Source: Mobula birostris (taxonomy: Eukaryota). From it: a stretch of DNA of 64,000 nucleotides. Both the position numbers and the translations under genes were made by a program. Shown piece after piece: positions 13,071 to 25,074 of the stretch. The DNA lies in NCBI RefSeq assembly GCF_030028105.1, contig NC_092377.1:40812450-40876449 (forward strand), given 5' to 3'. How positions within the stretch are numbered: the first letter of the stretch is position 1; each line of letters begins with the position of its first letter. The notes under the pieces are model-generated. The model was not told where the DNA came from. It was given only the letters and a program-made list of their open reading frames with translations, and did no database searches.

Positions 13071-13220
13071 GAAGAATAAAGGTTTCACAGCAGTAGGATG
13101 GGATCTGAGCAAAAGCCATTCCATACAGGTATCTAATGCTGAAGGCCTGTCACTTGCCACTGGCTTAGTTGAGAGATTGTTGTTCCTCTCTGTGCCCTGT
13201 GGTGCATCAGGCAGCAATCA

Positions 13221-13470
13221 TTAGATTAGATTAGATTAGGTTAGATTGGATTCAACTTTATTGTCATTGTGCCAAGTACAGACACAAAGCCAATGAAATG
13301 CAGTTAGCATCTAACTAGAAATGCAAAGAATAGTGTTACTTACAAAATAACTGTGAATAAAAAGTAAGTGCTACAGCACACAAATATAAAAGTACTGAGA
13401 CAGTACAATATGGGTGCAATACTGCTTAGCGCTGTGATGTGAAGTTCAGCAGGGTCGCAGCCTCAGGGAA
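13221..13470 (-). mobile_element. LINE (Rex1/L2-like) 3' fragment with (TCTAA)n tail
   Basis: (ttaga)n microsatellite followed by caactttattgtcatt, i.e. polyA signal plus tail on the minus strand. Confidence 0.6.
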
Positions 13471-13493
13471 AATCCATCTGTAACATTATTGTC

Positions 13494-13766
13494 GTTTGGG
13501 CCAGCTGCTGACGCAATGACATCAGCACCGGACTCTGGAGCGGAGGTTCCCGGGTTCGAACCCAGTCGGGTCCACTCCCAACTATGCTTTCCATCCATGC
13601 CGGGTTGAGTGTCGAGATGGCAACTCGACCTCGTAAAATAAAGGGAAAAATACTGCGAAATGTCTGTGTGAGGAGTGGTGCACCACACAGTCTCTCTCTC
13701 TCGCTCCGTGCCTTGTAAAGGCATGAAAAAGATATCATCCCGCCTACGTTGCACACACAAAAAAGA
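13494..13766 (+). mobile_element. young tRNA-derived SINE with 12-bp TSD
   Basis: Perfect B box GGTTCGAACCC near 13553-13563; TSD aacattattgtc at 13482-13493 and 13767-13778; A-rich tail; CpG-rich. Confidence 0.85.
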
Positions 13767-14009
13767 AACATTATTGTCCTTTGTGGTAGAAAATCTGGCC
13801 TGGTCTGTAAATGACTCCAGGCCACCACTGCAGACTTGTGTCTAAATCTACAAGACATAGGTTCAGGATAAATGGTAGAGCTTTGGAGGGGATCTGAGGA
13901 AGAATTTCTTCACCCAGACAGTGTTTGGAATCTGCAATGCACTGCCAAAGGGAATACTCACACATTTAGAAAATATCTAGACAAGTATTTAAACTACTAA
14001 GCCAAGGAC

Positions 14010-14880
14010 ACAGCTACTGTTGACAGAATTTCAGATGGTGATGAGAATGTGTACATAGTCTGGTATGGGGGGTGGTGGGGGCACTGCACAGAATCGAGAT
14101 AAGCTGCAGAGTGTTGTAAACTCAGTCTACTACATCATGGGCACTAGCCTCCACAGCATTCAGAACATCTTCAAGGAGTGATGCCTCTAAAAGGCGGCAT
14201 TCATCATTTAGGACCTCCTTTGTCCAGAATATGCCCTCTTCTCATTGCTACCATCAGGGAGGAAGTACAGGAGCAGTGCAGACAGAAAATATGGCCATGA
14301 CGAGGTAGACTGTGAGGTCAAGAATCCATCTTTTGTACAAGAGGTCCATTCAATAGTCCTGCAACAGCAGGATAAAAGCTGTCCTTGAGCCTGGTGACAT
14401 GTGCTTTCAGGCTTTTGTATCCTCTGCCTGATGGGATGCAGGAGAACAGAGGGTGTCTGGTGTGGGAGGGATCTTTGCTTATGCTGGCTGCTTATCTGAG
14501 ACGACAAGAAATGTAAACAGAGCCCATGGAGGGGAAGCTGGTTTTGGTGATGTGCTGAGTTGTGTCCACACTCCCCACAGTTTCATGCAGTCTTGGGCAG
14601 AGAAGTTGCCCTACCAAGCCGCGTTGCATCTGCTAGGACACTTTCTATGGTGGATCAATAAATACTGGAGGATATGCTGTATTTCATCTGCCTCCTGAGG
14701 AAGTAGAGGTGTTGGCGTGATTTCCTGACCATGGTGTCTGCATGTGTGGGCCAGGATGGGATAAGATCTATGGGTGCACTGTATGGGTGCATGGTCCTGA
14801 AAAACATTGTCTCAGTTTTACTGTGTACTGTACCACAGTTATGGTCGAAATGACAATAAAAAGTGACTTGACTTGACTTT
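14010..14880. mobile_element. cluster of degenerate Rex1-type LINE fragments, both orientations
   Basis: gccctcttctcattgctaccatcagggaggaagtacaggagc (LFSLLPSGRKYRS) on +; an opposite-orientation piece at about 14280-14760; tail aataaaaagtgacttgacttgact at about 14855-14879. Confidence 0.6.
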
Positions 14881-15219
14881 CTCTATAGTCTAGCACTACA
14901 TTCTGCAGTTTCTTATTGTTTTCCCCTGTACTACATCGATGTATGGATGTAAAGAAGTGATCTGTATGTATAGCATGCAAAACTAAGCTTTTCACTGTAT
15001 TTTGGTGCATGTGCCTATAATAAACCAATTTACAACCTTAATTAAACTTACTCCAGTTTACTTTTGGTAGAGTTGAAAATAGCCTTGGTCTAAAGTTTAT
15101 GCCAGTCAAGTGTGCTTTGTATTCAGAACTGGCTAGGAGCAGATCAGGATTAAAGACAATGCCTCTTGCATAAAACTTCCCTCCTAAAATCCCTTTATTT
15201 GCCCATTCCTTGATATCCC

Positions 15220-15639
15220 TGTTGGTAGTGGGTAGTGGCTCCATATGTCACTGCTACAGGGCGTGACGACCCTGCCTTACACGAGTCCAGGGCTCAGCTG
15301 GCTCCAGCTGACAGTAGCCGGTATGGGCCCCTATCCAGGGTTACGGATCCCACTGCCTTGTGGGTATCCTTGGGAGAAGAGAAGGCTAAGGAGTAAACCT
15401 GACACAAATCCGGAGTGGAGCCCCTAAGGCGGTTGGATGACGTATCACATCACCTCCCGGCAGCTCCTGCAGCCAAGCTGATGTCAAATGTACTGCTTCG
15501 CATTCCTTTGGACCACATCCGTGAGGCTGAGAGGGGGATCTTGATGTCTGGGCAGCCCAGGACCTCCATATTCATCGCCCAGGTCTGCACCCCAGAACCA
15601 GGCGCATCCATTGTCTACTTAGACAGATGGAGCCATGAA
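15220..15639 (+). mobile_element. non-autonomous retroelement, probably RTE-derived, with 13-bp TSD
   Basis: TSD tccttgatatccc at 15207-15219 and 15640-15652. The internal aaggctaaggagtaaacc...aaatccggagtggagcccctaaggcggttggatg resembles RTE 5' regions; family assignment is from memory. Confidence 0.7.
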
Positions 15640-16117
15640 TCCTTGATATCCCAACTAATGGAAAATAACAGGGACTGTTTTAACCTCTCTTCTAAAGTGT
15701 GAGAGTCAGGCTGGAAAGATCATACTTCGTAAAGTGTAGAAAACTGACCACATCCTGCTGCCAAAACACTTTTATCTGGCTTTACCACAAGAGTTTTGGG
15801 GCTGACTAAGAAATCCACTCAAGAGAAGCAGATTAATACTGCTGCTCTCGGATTTTATAAACCATTTATATTTAATAGCAGTGAGTCAGGTTTCCCAGCC
15901 TCAGAGATCCCAAGAACAGAAGGGAGGTATGATCTGCTGGCTGCAGGCTGTAAGGGAATTTCCAACACTGTTTGTGGTCTAGAAGGAGTTCAAATACTTT
16001 TCCAATGGCCAAAACCCACCACTGCACTGTTCTGCCATGTTCTGTCTTTTCACTATAACTCCAGAACCTGCAAACACTCCTTTGTAATCTTTCCCCTCAT
16101 TTTATCCTGTCTCCTTT

Positions 16118-17710
16118 CCTCACTATGAACTCAATCCCTGTAATCTCTCGCTCCCTCATTGCAAACTCACCCCGTAATCTCTCCCTCCCTCACAGTGAAC
16201 TCACCCCTGTAATCTCTCACTCCCTCACTGCGAACTCACCCCGTAATCTCTCACTCTCTCACTGCGAACTCACCCCGTAATCTCTCACTCCCTCACTGCA
16301 AGCTCACCCCTGTAATCTCTCCCTCCCTCACAGTGAACTCACCCCATAATATTGCACTCCCTCATTGCACACTCACCCCTTGTAATCTCTCCCTCCCTCA
16401 CTGCAAACTCACCCCCTGTAATCTCTCCCTCCCTCACAGTGAACTCACCCCATAATATTGCGCTCGCTCATTGCACACTCAAATCCTGTAATCTCTCCCT
16501 CCCTCACTGCGAACTCACTCCTTGTAATCTCTCCCTCCCTCACAGTGAACTCACCCCATAATATTGCACTCCCTCATTGCACACTCACCCCTTGTAATCT
16601 CTCCCTCCCTCACTGAAAACTCACCCCTGTAATCTCTCGCTCCCTCATTGAAAACTCACCCCCTGCAATCTCTCCCTCCCTCACTGCGAACTCACCCCCT
16701 GTAATCTCTCACTCCCTCACTGCAAACTCACCTCCTGTAATCTCTCCCTCCCTCACAGTGAACTCACCCCATAATATTGCGCTCCCTCATTGCACACTCA
16801 CCTCCTGTAATCTCTCCCTCCCTCACTGCGAACTCACTCCTGTAATCTCTCACTCCCTCACTGAGAACTCAGCCGTGTAATCCCTCACTCCCTCACTAAG
16901 AACTCACCCCCTGTAATCTCTCACTCCCTCACTGTGAACTCACTCCTGTAATCTCTCCCTCCCTCACAGCAAACTCACTCCATGTAATCTCTTACTCCCC
17001 CACTGCAAACTCACCCCCTGTAATCTCTCCCTCCCTCACAGTGAACTCACCCCCTGTAATCTCTCACTCTCTCACAGTGAACTCACCCCCTGTAATCTCT
17101 CCCTCCCTCACTGTGAACTCACCCCTGTAATCTCTCCCTCCCTCATTGCACTCTCACCTCCTGTAATCTCTCACTCCCTCACTGAGAACTCACCCCCTGT
17201 AATCTCTCCCTCCCTCAGTGAACTCACCCCTGTAATCTCTCACTCCCTCATTGCACACTCACCTCCTGTAATCTTTCACTCCCTGTGAACTCACCCCTGT
17301 AATCTCTCACTCACAGTGAACTCACCCCCTGTAATCTCACTCCCTCACTGTGAACTCATCCATGTAATCTCTCACTCCCTCACTGTGAACTCACCCCCTG
17401 TAATCTCTCCCTCCCTCACTGTGAACTCACCCCCTGTAATCTCTCACTCCCTCACTGCAAAGTCACCCCCTGTAATCTCTCACTCCCTCATTGCACACTC
17501 ACTCGCTGTAATCTCTCCCTCCCTCACTGCAAGCTCACCCCTGTAATCTCTCCCTCCCTCACAGCGAACTCACTCCATGTAATCTCTCACTCCCTCACTT
17601 CGAACCAAATCCCTGTGATCTGTTCCTTCCTCACTGTGAATTCACCCCTGTAATTTCTCCCCCCCCCCCAGTGAGCTCAGTCCCTTTGTCTCTTCTTCCC
17701 TCACTGTAAC
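16118..17710. repeat. about 36-bp minisatellite, about 44 copies
   Basis: Unit ctgtaatctctccctccctcactg(c/t)gaactcacccc (35-37 bp); the 12-aa periodicity of ORF 17316-17546 confirms the period. Confidence 0.97.
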
Positions 17711-18964
17711 ACGTTCAACACGTGGACAAACAACACAGGCTACCACTGTCAACATCACCTCCTTGCCCTACACCTATCACCCACACCTCCACACACCCGC
17801 TGCTATCATCTCTCTCTTCATCTCCCCCAGCCTCGACCTTCCACCATCTCCCCTGTCTCATGGACTTATCTTCACTACTGAGCAGGTGAGATAGTCTCTG
17901 GGGAAACTCAGACATGGCAAAGCACTGGGACCAGATGGTATGAACCCCAAGGTGGCACTTATATTGTACCCTGGATAATAGACTACATGACTGGCAGACA
18001 ACAGTTTGTGCAGCTTCAGAGCTGTGTGTCATACATGGCTATAAAGAGCACTGGGGCCCCAGAGGAGACTGTATTGTCTCCATTCCTGTTTACCATGTAT
18101 ACCTCAGACTTTAGATACAACACTGAGTCATGTCATCTGCAGAAATTCTCAGATAACTCAGCAATAGTTGGGTGTATAAGGGGAGGATAAAAAGATGAAC
18201 ACAGGGCCCTGGTGGAGGACCAGATGGTGCAAGCTGAATCATCTGCAGCTCAACATCAGTAAGACAAAGGAGATGGTGATGGTCTTTAGGAAGACGAAGC
18301 CTGCACTGCTCCCTGTTACTATTGATGGTGAAGATATGGATGTAGTGAGGAGCTACAAGTATCTGGATGGCAGACCTGAGTGCAGCACCGCACACAGGCT
18401 GTGTACAGGAAGGGCCAGAGTCGCCTCTACTTCCTGAGGAGACTGAGCTCCTTTGGAGTAAGCAGGCCTCTCCTTCACATGTTCTACCAGCCTGTTGTCT
18501 CCAGTACAATCTTCTATGCGGTGGTGTGTTGCAGCACTGGCATCAACACGGGTGATGCCAACAGGCTCAGTAAACTGATCAGAAAGGCTGGCTCTGTCAT
18601 AGGAGTCAAACAGGACACACTGGGGGCTGTGGTAGAACAAATGACTCTACGGAAAACGCTGGAAATCCTGGACAATGTTTTACACCTTCTGAATGCCACT
18701 GTGGCTGAACAGAGGAGCACTTCTAAAAGAAGACTAAGACAACTGCACAGCTCCAAAGAGTGCTATATGAGGTCATTCCTACCCACGGCCATAAGGCTCT
18801 ATAATGAGTCAACCTACAACTGGGAAAGCAATAACACCCTCCTGTCAGACTGTTAGATGTAACTTATTTTTTATTCTTTCTTACTTCTCTTCTAATATTT
18901 GTATGTCTGTGCACTTGTAATGTTACTGTAACTATAATGTCCTTTTGGATCAATAAAATATCTA
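17711..18964 (+). mobile_element. Rex1/Babar-clade LINE fragment with internal deletion
   Basis: GAPEETVLSPFLFTMYTSDFRYNTESCHLQKFSDNSAIVGC; KGQSRLYFLRRLSSFGV...RSFLPTAIRLYN; tail caataaaatatcta. Confidence 0.88.
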
Positions 18965-18967
18965 ACT

Positions 18968-19634
18968 ATCAGGCAGTGAAGAAAGCTAATGGCATGCTGG
19001 CCTTCATAACAAGGGGAGTTGAGTATGGGAGCAAAGAGGTCCGTCTGCAGTTGTACAAGGCCCTGGTGAGACCACACCTGGAGTATTGTGTGCAGTTTTG
19101 GTCTCCAAATTTGAGAAAGGATATTCTTGCTATGGAGGGAGTGCAGCGTAGGTTCACTGGGTTAATTAAAGGGATGGCAGGAATGTCGTATGTTGAAAGA
19201 TTGGAGCGACTGGGCTTGTATACACTGGAATTTAGAAGGCTGAGAGGGGATCTGATTGAAACATATAAGATTATTAAGGGATTGGACACGCTAGAGGCAG
19301 GAAACATGTTCCCGATGTTGGGGGAGTCCAGAACCAGAGGCCACAGTTTAAGAATAAGGGGTAGACCATTTAGAACAGAGTTGAGGAAAAACTTTTTCAC
19401 ACCGGGGGTTGTGGATCTGTGGAATGCTCTGCTTCAGAAGGCAGTGGAGGCCAATTCTCTGGATTCTTTCAAGAAAGTTAGATAGAGCTCTTAAAGATAG
19501 CGGAGTCAAGGGATATGGGGAGAAGGCAGGAACAGAGTACTGATTGTGGATGATCAGCCATGATCACAGTGAATGGCAGTGCTGGCTCAAAGGCCCGAAT
19601 GGCCTACTCCTGCACCTATTGTCTATTGTCTATC
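18968..19634 (+). mobile_element. CR1 LINE 3' fragment, low divergence, 9-bp TSD
   Basis: ORF LYKALVRPHLEYCVQFWSP...RRLRGDLIETYKI...RTRGHSL; (ctattgt)n tail; TSD tatctaact at 18959-18967 and 19635-19643. Confidence 0.92.
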
Positions 19635-21444
19635 TATCTAACTTTAGTCCCTGCTATCCATCCTTTCCTCACTGAGAGCTCAGTCCCTGCAATATCACTC
19701 TCCCCTACTCCAGTCTCTCTTCTCCTGAAATCCTTTCCTTCCATCCACCTCCCCAAACATCCGCACATTTGCACTCACCTTCCTTTCTTGTCCTCCTGTG
19801 TGCTATCTTCTTGGTTGCATGGAAAATGTTTAGTGGTCCTCAGTTGCTGCCATGTACAATTAACCTCCAAAACCTTCTCCCTCCTCCCCAGCCATATGTG
19901 AGATCCGCCCAGCCAGCTGGTGGCTTCCAGCAGTAATTTCAGACGGATCCAAGATTTCCCAGCATGAATGACTTTCCCATTCCTTGACCCAAGTACCTAT
20001 CCTTAAACATCAGTGCCTTCACTTCTGTTGAACGAACTCATCCCCCATTTCCTGAAGAGGGACCATTCAGGTTAGCAGTCCAGTTCGATGAGAAGTAAAC
20101 AACCTGACACATTAACTCTCTTTCTCTCCCCATAGATGCTGCCAATCTGCTGACGTTTCCAGCATTTTTATTTCAGATTTCCAGTAACTATATCCCTTTT
20201 TGTCCTTTTTAATCTTTCTATCTTCTTATTTTTTGACAGTGTAGCCGCAGTGGCTGGAACGTGCCTTCAGTACTCAGCATCCTGAACTAAAATTGAAAGT
20301 GCTTAAAGCAATTTGTTATAGATTTGAAGGGCACAAAACACCAGTTGTTCAATTATCTTTGTAAAGTTTGAGCTTCCCTGTCAGACGAATTAGACAAACT
20401 TTGATGATAATAGCAGAGTCTAGCTTCCCTTGTCCATTTGCCGGAGAAGAAAACATCAGATTGAGCTGAACACGAATGGCATGTAGATGTGTTTGGATAG
20501 TTTTCAGGTAACAAATACCTCATTTCAGACCTATTTGGTGTTTTTGACCCTGTTAACATCGTGTGATGGGACGCAGGAAAGTTAGCTTGAGCCATAAGGA
20601 TTTGCAGCCACATTCCGCGATCACTTGTGAATGACGTGAAATAACGAGGAATGTAGCCAGAGTGTAAGTGGTATGCTTTGAATATTGTTGTGAAAACAAG
20701 GGGCGGATTCCAGTATGAATGCAAAAGTACCGTAAATTGAAATGAAATAACAAATGTCTCTATAGATCTCAGCTGCAAGAGGGGGACCTCCAGCCCAGGA
20801 AGGGACAACGGCATCCATTAACAAGATGAATGAGAGAGAATAGTGGTGTCATCAGAGCCCTTTAAAAGGTTCAGGTTCAAACAACCATCTCTCCTCTTTG
20901 GACAATAACAGCAAAGTAATTATAGTTTCAAAAGATGAACAGAATCCGGGCATTGAGGTCAAATACAAGGTGATGGCTTTGGAATTTCTCATCATAATGT
21001 ATCTTTGAAATGAAACTCATAGCCAAATAAATGAAAGTAGAGATTTCAAAGAGAAGAAAGGGGGAAGAAATCAATCCATAGACATCTCGGGGAGGGGTGG
21101 GACCATCTTTAAAACTAAGTTCAAAATGTGTGTGGTCAGCAGGGTAGCCTACCCCGAAGATAGAGCTGAGCTCACTCAGCCTCCTTCAGGAACCAACCTT
21201 TAAATGTAGCAAGTCAGTTGCCAAAGGCAAACCAGCTGTTCCGCTGCCCGGGTGGCAAGGAGAGATGTTGGACGTCAAATGAATGCTGTGCTGTGTCAGT
21301 TGACAGCTCGAGCCTGAGAGGCGGGTGAGCAGGCTTGTGGTTGGGGAGCACTCAGCTGAAGTATTCTCTTTTGGAGCCAGACGAGGCCCTTGTGCTTGCC
21401 CAAACCCAAGACATAATGGAAATAAAGGTTTGAGACTTTCGGTA

Positions 21445-22230
21445 AGATGGCAGAGTGCACCGTCACAGAGGCCTCTCTGGGTCCAACCAAAGGTGTAATA
21501 GTTCGTCCTTTAAGTCTTTTGTACGATCGCAGACACTGCTGGACATTAAGGACATGAAGTACTGTAGGTCTCCCCCACTAGCGAGTTGCTGGATAGTGTT
21601 GTCACCTGGACTTGTTGCATACAGTTGTTGCGCAGAGGTAGTGCAGAGTCCAACAAATGTACAGATGATTGTCCTGGATGCTTTTTATTGCAATCGGAAG
21701 ACCCCATTCCACTTTGGTAACGTAGAACGTTCATGGCGAGACTGACGGCGGGGAGCTGCGTTGCCTCCTTTGCTGTACAGGCCAAACCCTTGTCCGGGTT
21801 GTCACCTGTCCAGGCTGCCCAAGAGAGGAGATGCTGGGGGTGGTATAGGTGAACTGGAATCCATGCTGCATGGCGAGCTGGCCCCTCATGTTGAAGTTGC
21901 CCTCTAGTGTTTGCTCAGGGAAAGTCAAGTTGGATTGCATTCATCTGTGCCTGCACTGGTGCATGATGAGGAACTACTGTGTGCTTGTTCTGGCTCCAGG
22001 ACAACGTCCCATGTACCATTAATCTACACACAATGACACTCAAGAGACTTGGGCGATATTTTTCGGTGACTTGTTTGTTTCTCTGCTATTGTAACTATAT
22101 TTGCTACGTGCTGTGTGCTTTGTGCGACTGTTGGTACTGTGCTTTACACCTTGGCCACGGAGGAACGTCGTTTCGTTAGGCTGCATTCATGTGTAAGCTT
22201 GAATGACAATTAAACGTGAACTTGAACTTC
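21445..22230 (+). mobile_element. probable non-autonomous LINE-derived element (aagatggc head, ttgaac tail)
   Basis: Starts aagatggcagag; ends gaatgacaattaaacgtgaacttgaact, a Rex1-like tail. Confidence 0.5.
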
Positions 22231-24642
22231 AGATCCATTCGCAGTGGCTAATAATTTTAAGAATATCGATTTGGCTGCTCAGCACTTTGCCCCACCAAGT
22301 GAAGCACGCGACGGGTAAGCTCAACCCAGTTCACATCCAAATTTCAAGACAGGGCTTTCAACAATGTGGCCACTTGACTTTATCCAGCCTCTGAAACAGC
22401 AGGATGCTGTGCTGTCCACCCAGATTCCCCCTGGAAACTTCTAGCACCCAAGCAAACAAAGTTCCCCCGCTCACTCAAATACCTCAGCCCAAATCACCCC
22501 AGTCAGACTTCAGGCAAGAAAGAAGTGGGCATCTGTTTTAAATTTAATGGTAAAACTAGGAGCTCACAATTTCAATGGACACACAGTTTAGATATCTAGT
22601 GTATCGCTAGGTCTTTTTAACCTTATTAGCTGGATTAATGCAGAGAATAAAGTAGTGCCAATGTGAATGTATTAGGCATTAGCGGCATTTCCTAGCTTTA
22701 GATTACATCAATAAAGCAAAGCAATTTGTTATAGGTAAAGATTAGAGGGATGTGGGCTTCAGTTGCTTAAAACACCTCTTTAAATATTTTTAATGACTTA
22801 CACAGGCCAAAATTTGGATAGACCACAGGTTCCCATAAAAATGCAGATTGGTCATAAACTGGTTTCAGTCACTAATTATATATCAGTTGTGGGCAGTAGC
22901 TAAGCGGTAGTTGCTTGTAAAACAGTCCAACTTATTTCCTCTGGCTATAAACAAATAGACGTGTCATGATTGATGGATAAAGACTGCCTCTGTAGTTGTG
23001 CCGGATAAGTTTTGCTTTAGTTTCATTAACTTGTTTTCTATTTTATAAAGCAGCAGTGTAGCAAAACAAAATAACTATGGCTGTAAACAGATTATAAATG
23101 GCGACAAGTTATGTACGATGTATAATTGACTGCTGAAACAGAAACACATATCGTTTGCTTTTCATCAATTTTATACAATTATATTGATTTACTAGTACTT
23201 ATGACTTTTCTTAATCCCCCCTCCTGTTATTTGGAACTTAGTGATTTGGTCCCATTTTGGGAAATTTATAAACATCTGTATTCACAGTGTGGCATTTCTT
23301 CCTGTGTCACGCTGTAAATTAGTCCAGGCATGAATTCCAAAAATATGCACAAAATTTGCTTACACACATTATGACATCATTAATCAAAGAAGGCATCAAA
23401 TTTTGCCAAAACCAAACATAAGTTTTATGAATAAAGAATCTTTGATAACTATGGAAATAGTTCCCATTTTGCAAAAAGCTCGCTAGGGGTAATATTAGAA
23501 GGGTTCTGTCGTTAGTTTATTGGACAGTTTTAATCTGCAGACCATACCAGACCGGTTTGTTTATTTGTCTCTGGGCTCCATGATCTAGAGTACATGCTTC
23601 TGAACTTCTGTTAATTCAATGTGGTCTCCTTAAAGAAAAAAAGGATTTATAAAACAGCTTTCTCTGTGTATCTTAAAGCTAATGAAGTGCTTTGGTATTG
23701 TCACAGATAATGTGTTCAGTAAAGCTTCACATAGAACAGTAAATAGATAGGTCACCTGCTTTAAAAAATAGTTGAAGGATAATTGGCCAGAATACCAAGA
23801 AGCAATTATTTGAATAATAATATGGGACTTTCTACACCCACTTGAGAAGACTTGATTTAGATTCTCATCTGTAAATTGGAACTTCCGACTGTGCACAAAC
23901 ACTGTAGTCACAGTGTCAGCCGAGATTGTGAATGAGAGACTAGCCACATACTTTTCATATTCCATAGCGTACCATGTGTGTGTCCCTCAACATTACCATC
24001 CCGATGGGCACCATTAACCATAAACATAATAGGACCAGCCATATACATACTGTGGCTACAAGCACAGGTCAGTGATTTGGTTTTAAGTCAAATTCCGGCT
24101 GTCCTGAAGTGGCGCTCATCTCCCTACACTCCAGTGTCTCTCCACCACCTACAATACAGATGTCAATGGTGTGAAGGAACATTCTCCACTTGCATGGATT
24201 AATGCTTCTCCCATAACACTCAAGAGTCTCAGTATCACCCAGGATAAAGAAACCTTTTAGATTGCTATCAGATCCACCATCTCAGACAAACAGTTCATGT
24301 TACCTTGTTATTGATTTGTTCCATTTATGATGATACTATGAGCAACCTGGAGGAGAAGACAGGACAATTCTCTTCTGAACCAGTCTTGGAGATTATGTTG
24401 CTGCATGTGATTGTGACTGATTTTATGCACATAATTCCTATATAAATTACTGTGATTTTCTGAAGAAACAATTTTCCTTTATCAGATGAAATTGCTGTAG
24501 TTTCTGCTTGTTCTTTAATGAACCTGCTTTCTAACTAATTTGACATCAATCATGAGCCTCATTTCATTAGCTGGTTCAATATTATTAATAAATACAATGC
24601 CTTAGGTTCGCCCTCGGCATAAATTTAGCAACACTGAAGTAT

Positions 24643-24876
24643 CACACATCAAAGTTGCTGGTGAATGCAGCAGGCCAGGCAGCATCTCTAGGAAGAGGTA
24701 CAGTCGACATTTCGGGCCGAGACCCTTCATCAGGACTAACTGAAGGAAGAGCTAGTAAGAGATTTGAAAGTGGGAGGGGGAGGGGGAGATCCAAAATGAT
24801 AGGAGAAGACAGGAAGGGGAGGGATGGAGCCAAGAGCAATCGCCGTTTTTTTGACTTTGTCATGTTTCAGTGAAAC
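24643..24876 (-). mobile_element. Penelope-like element terminal (pLTR) fragment with 14-bp TSD
   Basis: Nearly identical to 28092-28285; TSD caacactgaagtat at 24629-24642 and 24877-24890. Confidence 0.85.
24701..24740 (-). ncRNA. minimal type-I hammerhead ribozyme core (PLE-associated), one stem III change
   Basis: Minus strand: agtc CTGATGA agggtctcggccc GAAA tGTC gact. Confidence 0.55.
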
Positions 24877-25074
24877 CAACACTGAAGTATTATCGTTAAG
24901 ACTGATGTTATCACTATTATCTTTGTTAAAAGAATAACAATTTATTATGTTAGGTTCTAATATTTATTAATATGGTTCCAGCTGCCCCACAGCTAGAAAT
25001 CAGAACCGAAGTTGTGCAGTAACAACACAAAATTAATTTGCTGATCAACTTCATGGCATGGCTAAGGGGAGCAA

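Noticed and set aside
13494-13575. Functional tRNA gene
   Set aside because: The tRNA-like head continues into a SINE body bounded by TSDs; no proper acceptor stem or oligo-T terminator.
16352-17546. Repeat-protein CDS (NSPPVISPSLTV)n
   Set aside because: Unit length varies 35-37 bp, causing frequent frameshifts and stops; no splice or start context.
16930-17640. miR-27/miR-128 seed array (CACTGTGAA)
   Set aside because: Present in only a minority of units, at a hypervariable position, with no 3' pairing, unlike the let-7 match.
16118-17710. V(D)J recombination signal sequences (CACAGTG/CACTGTG in many units)
   Set aside because: No ACAAAAACC-like nonamer at 12 or 23 bp, no V/J segments, and the heptamer lies at the most variable unit position.
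20353-20814. 153-aa ORF as a host gene
   Set aside because: No recognisable domain and no supporting exon structure; consistent with a chance ORF.
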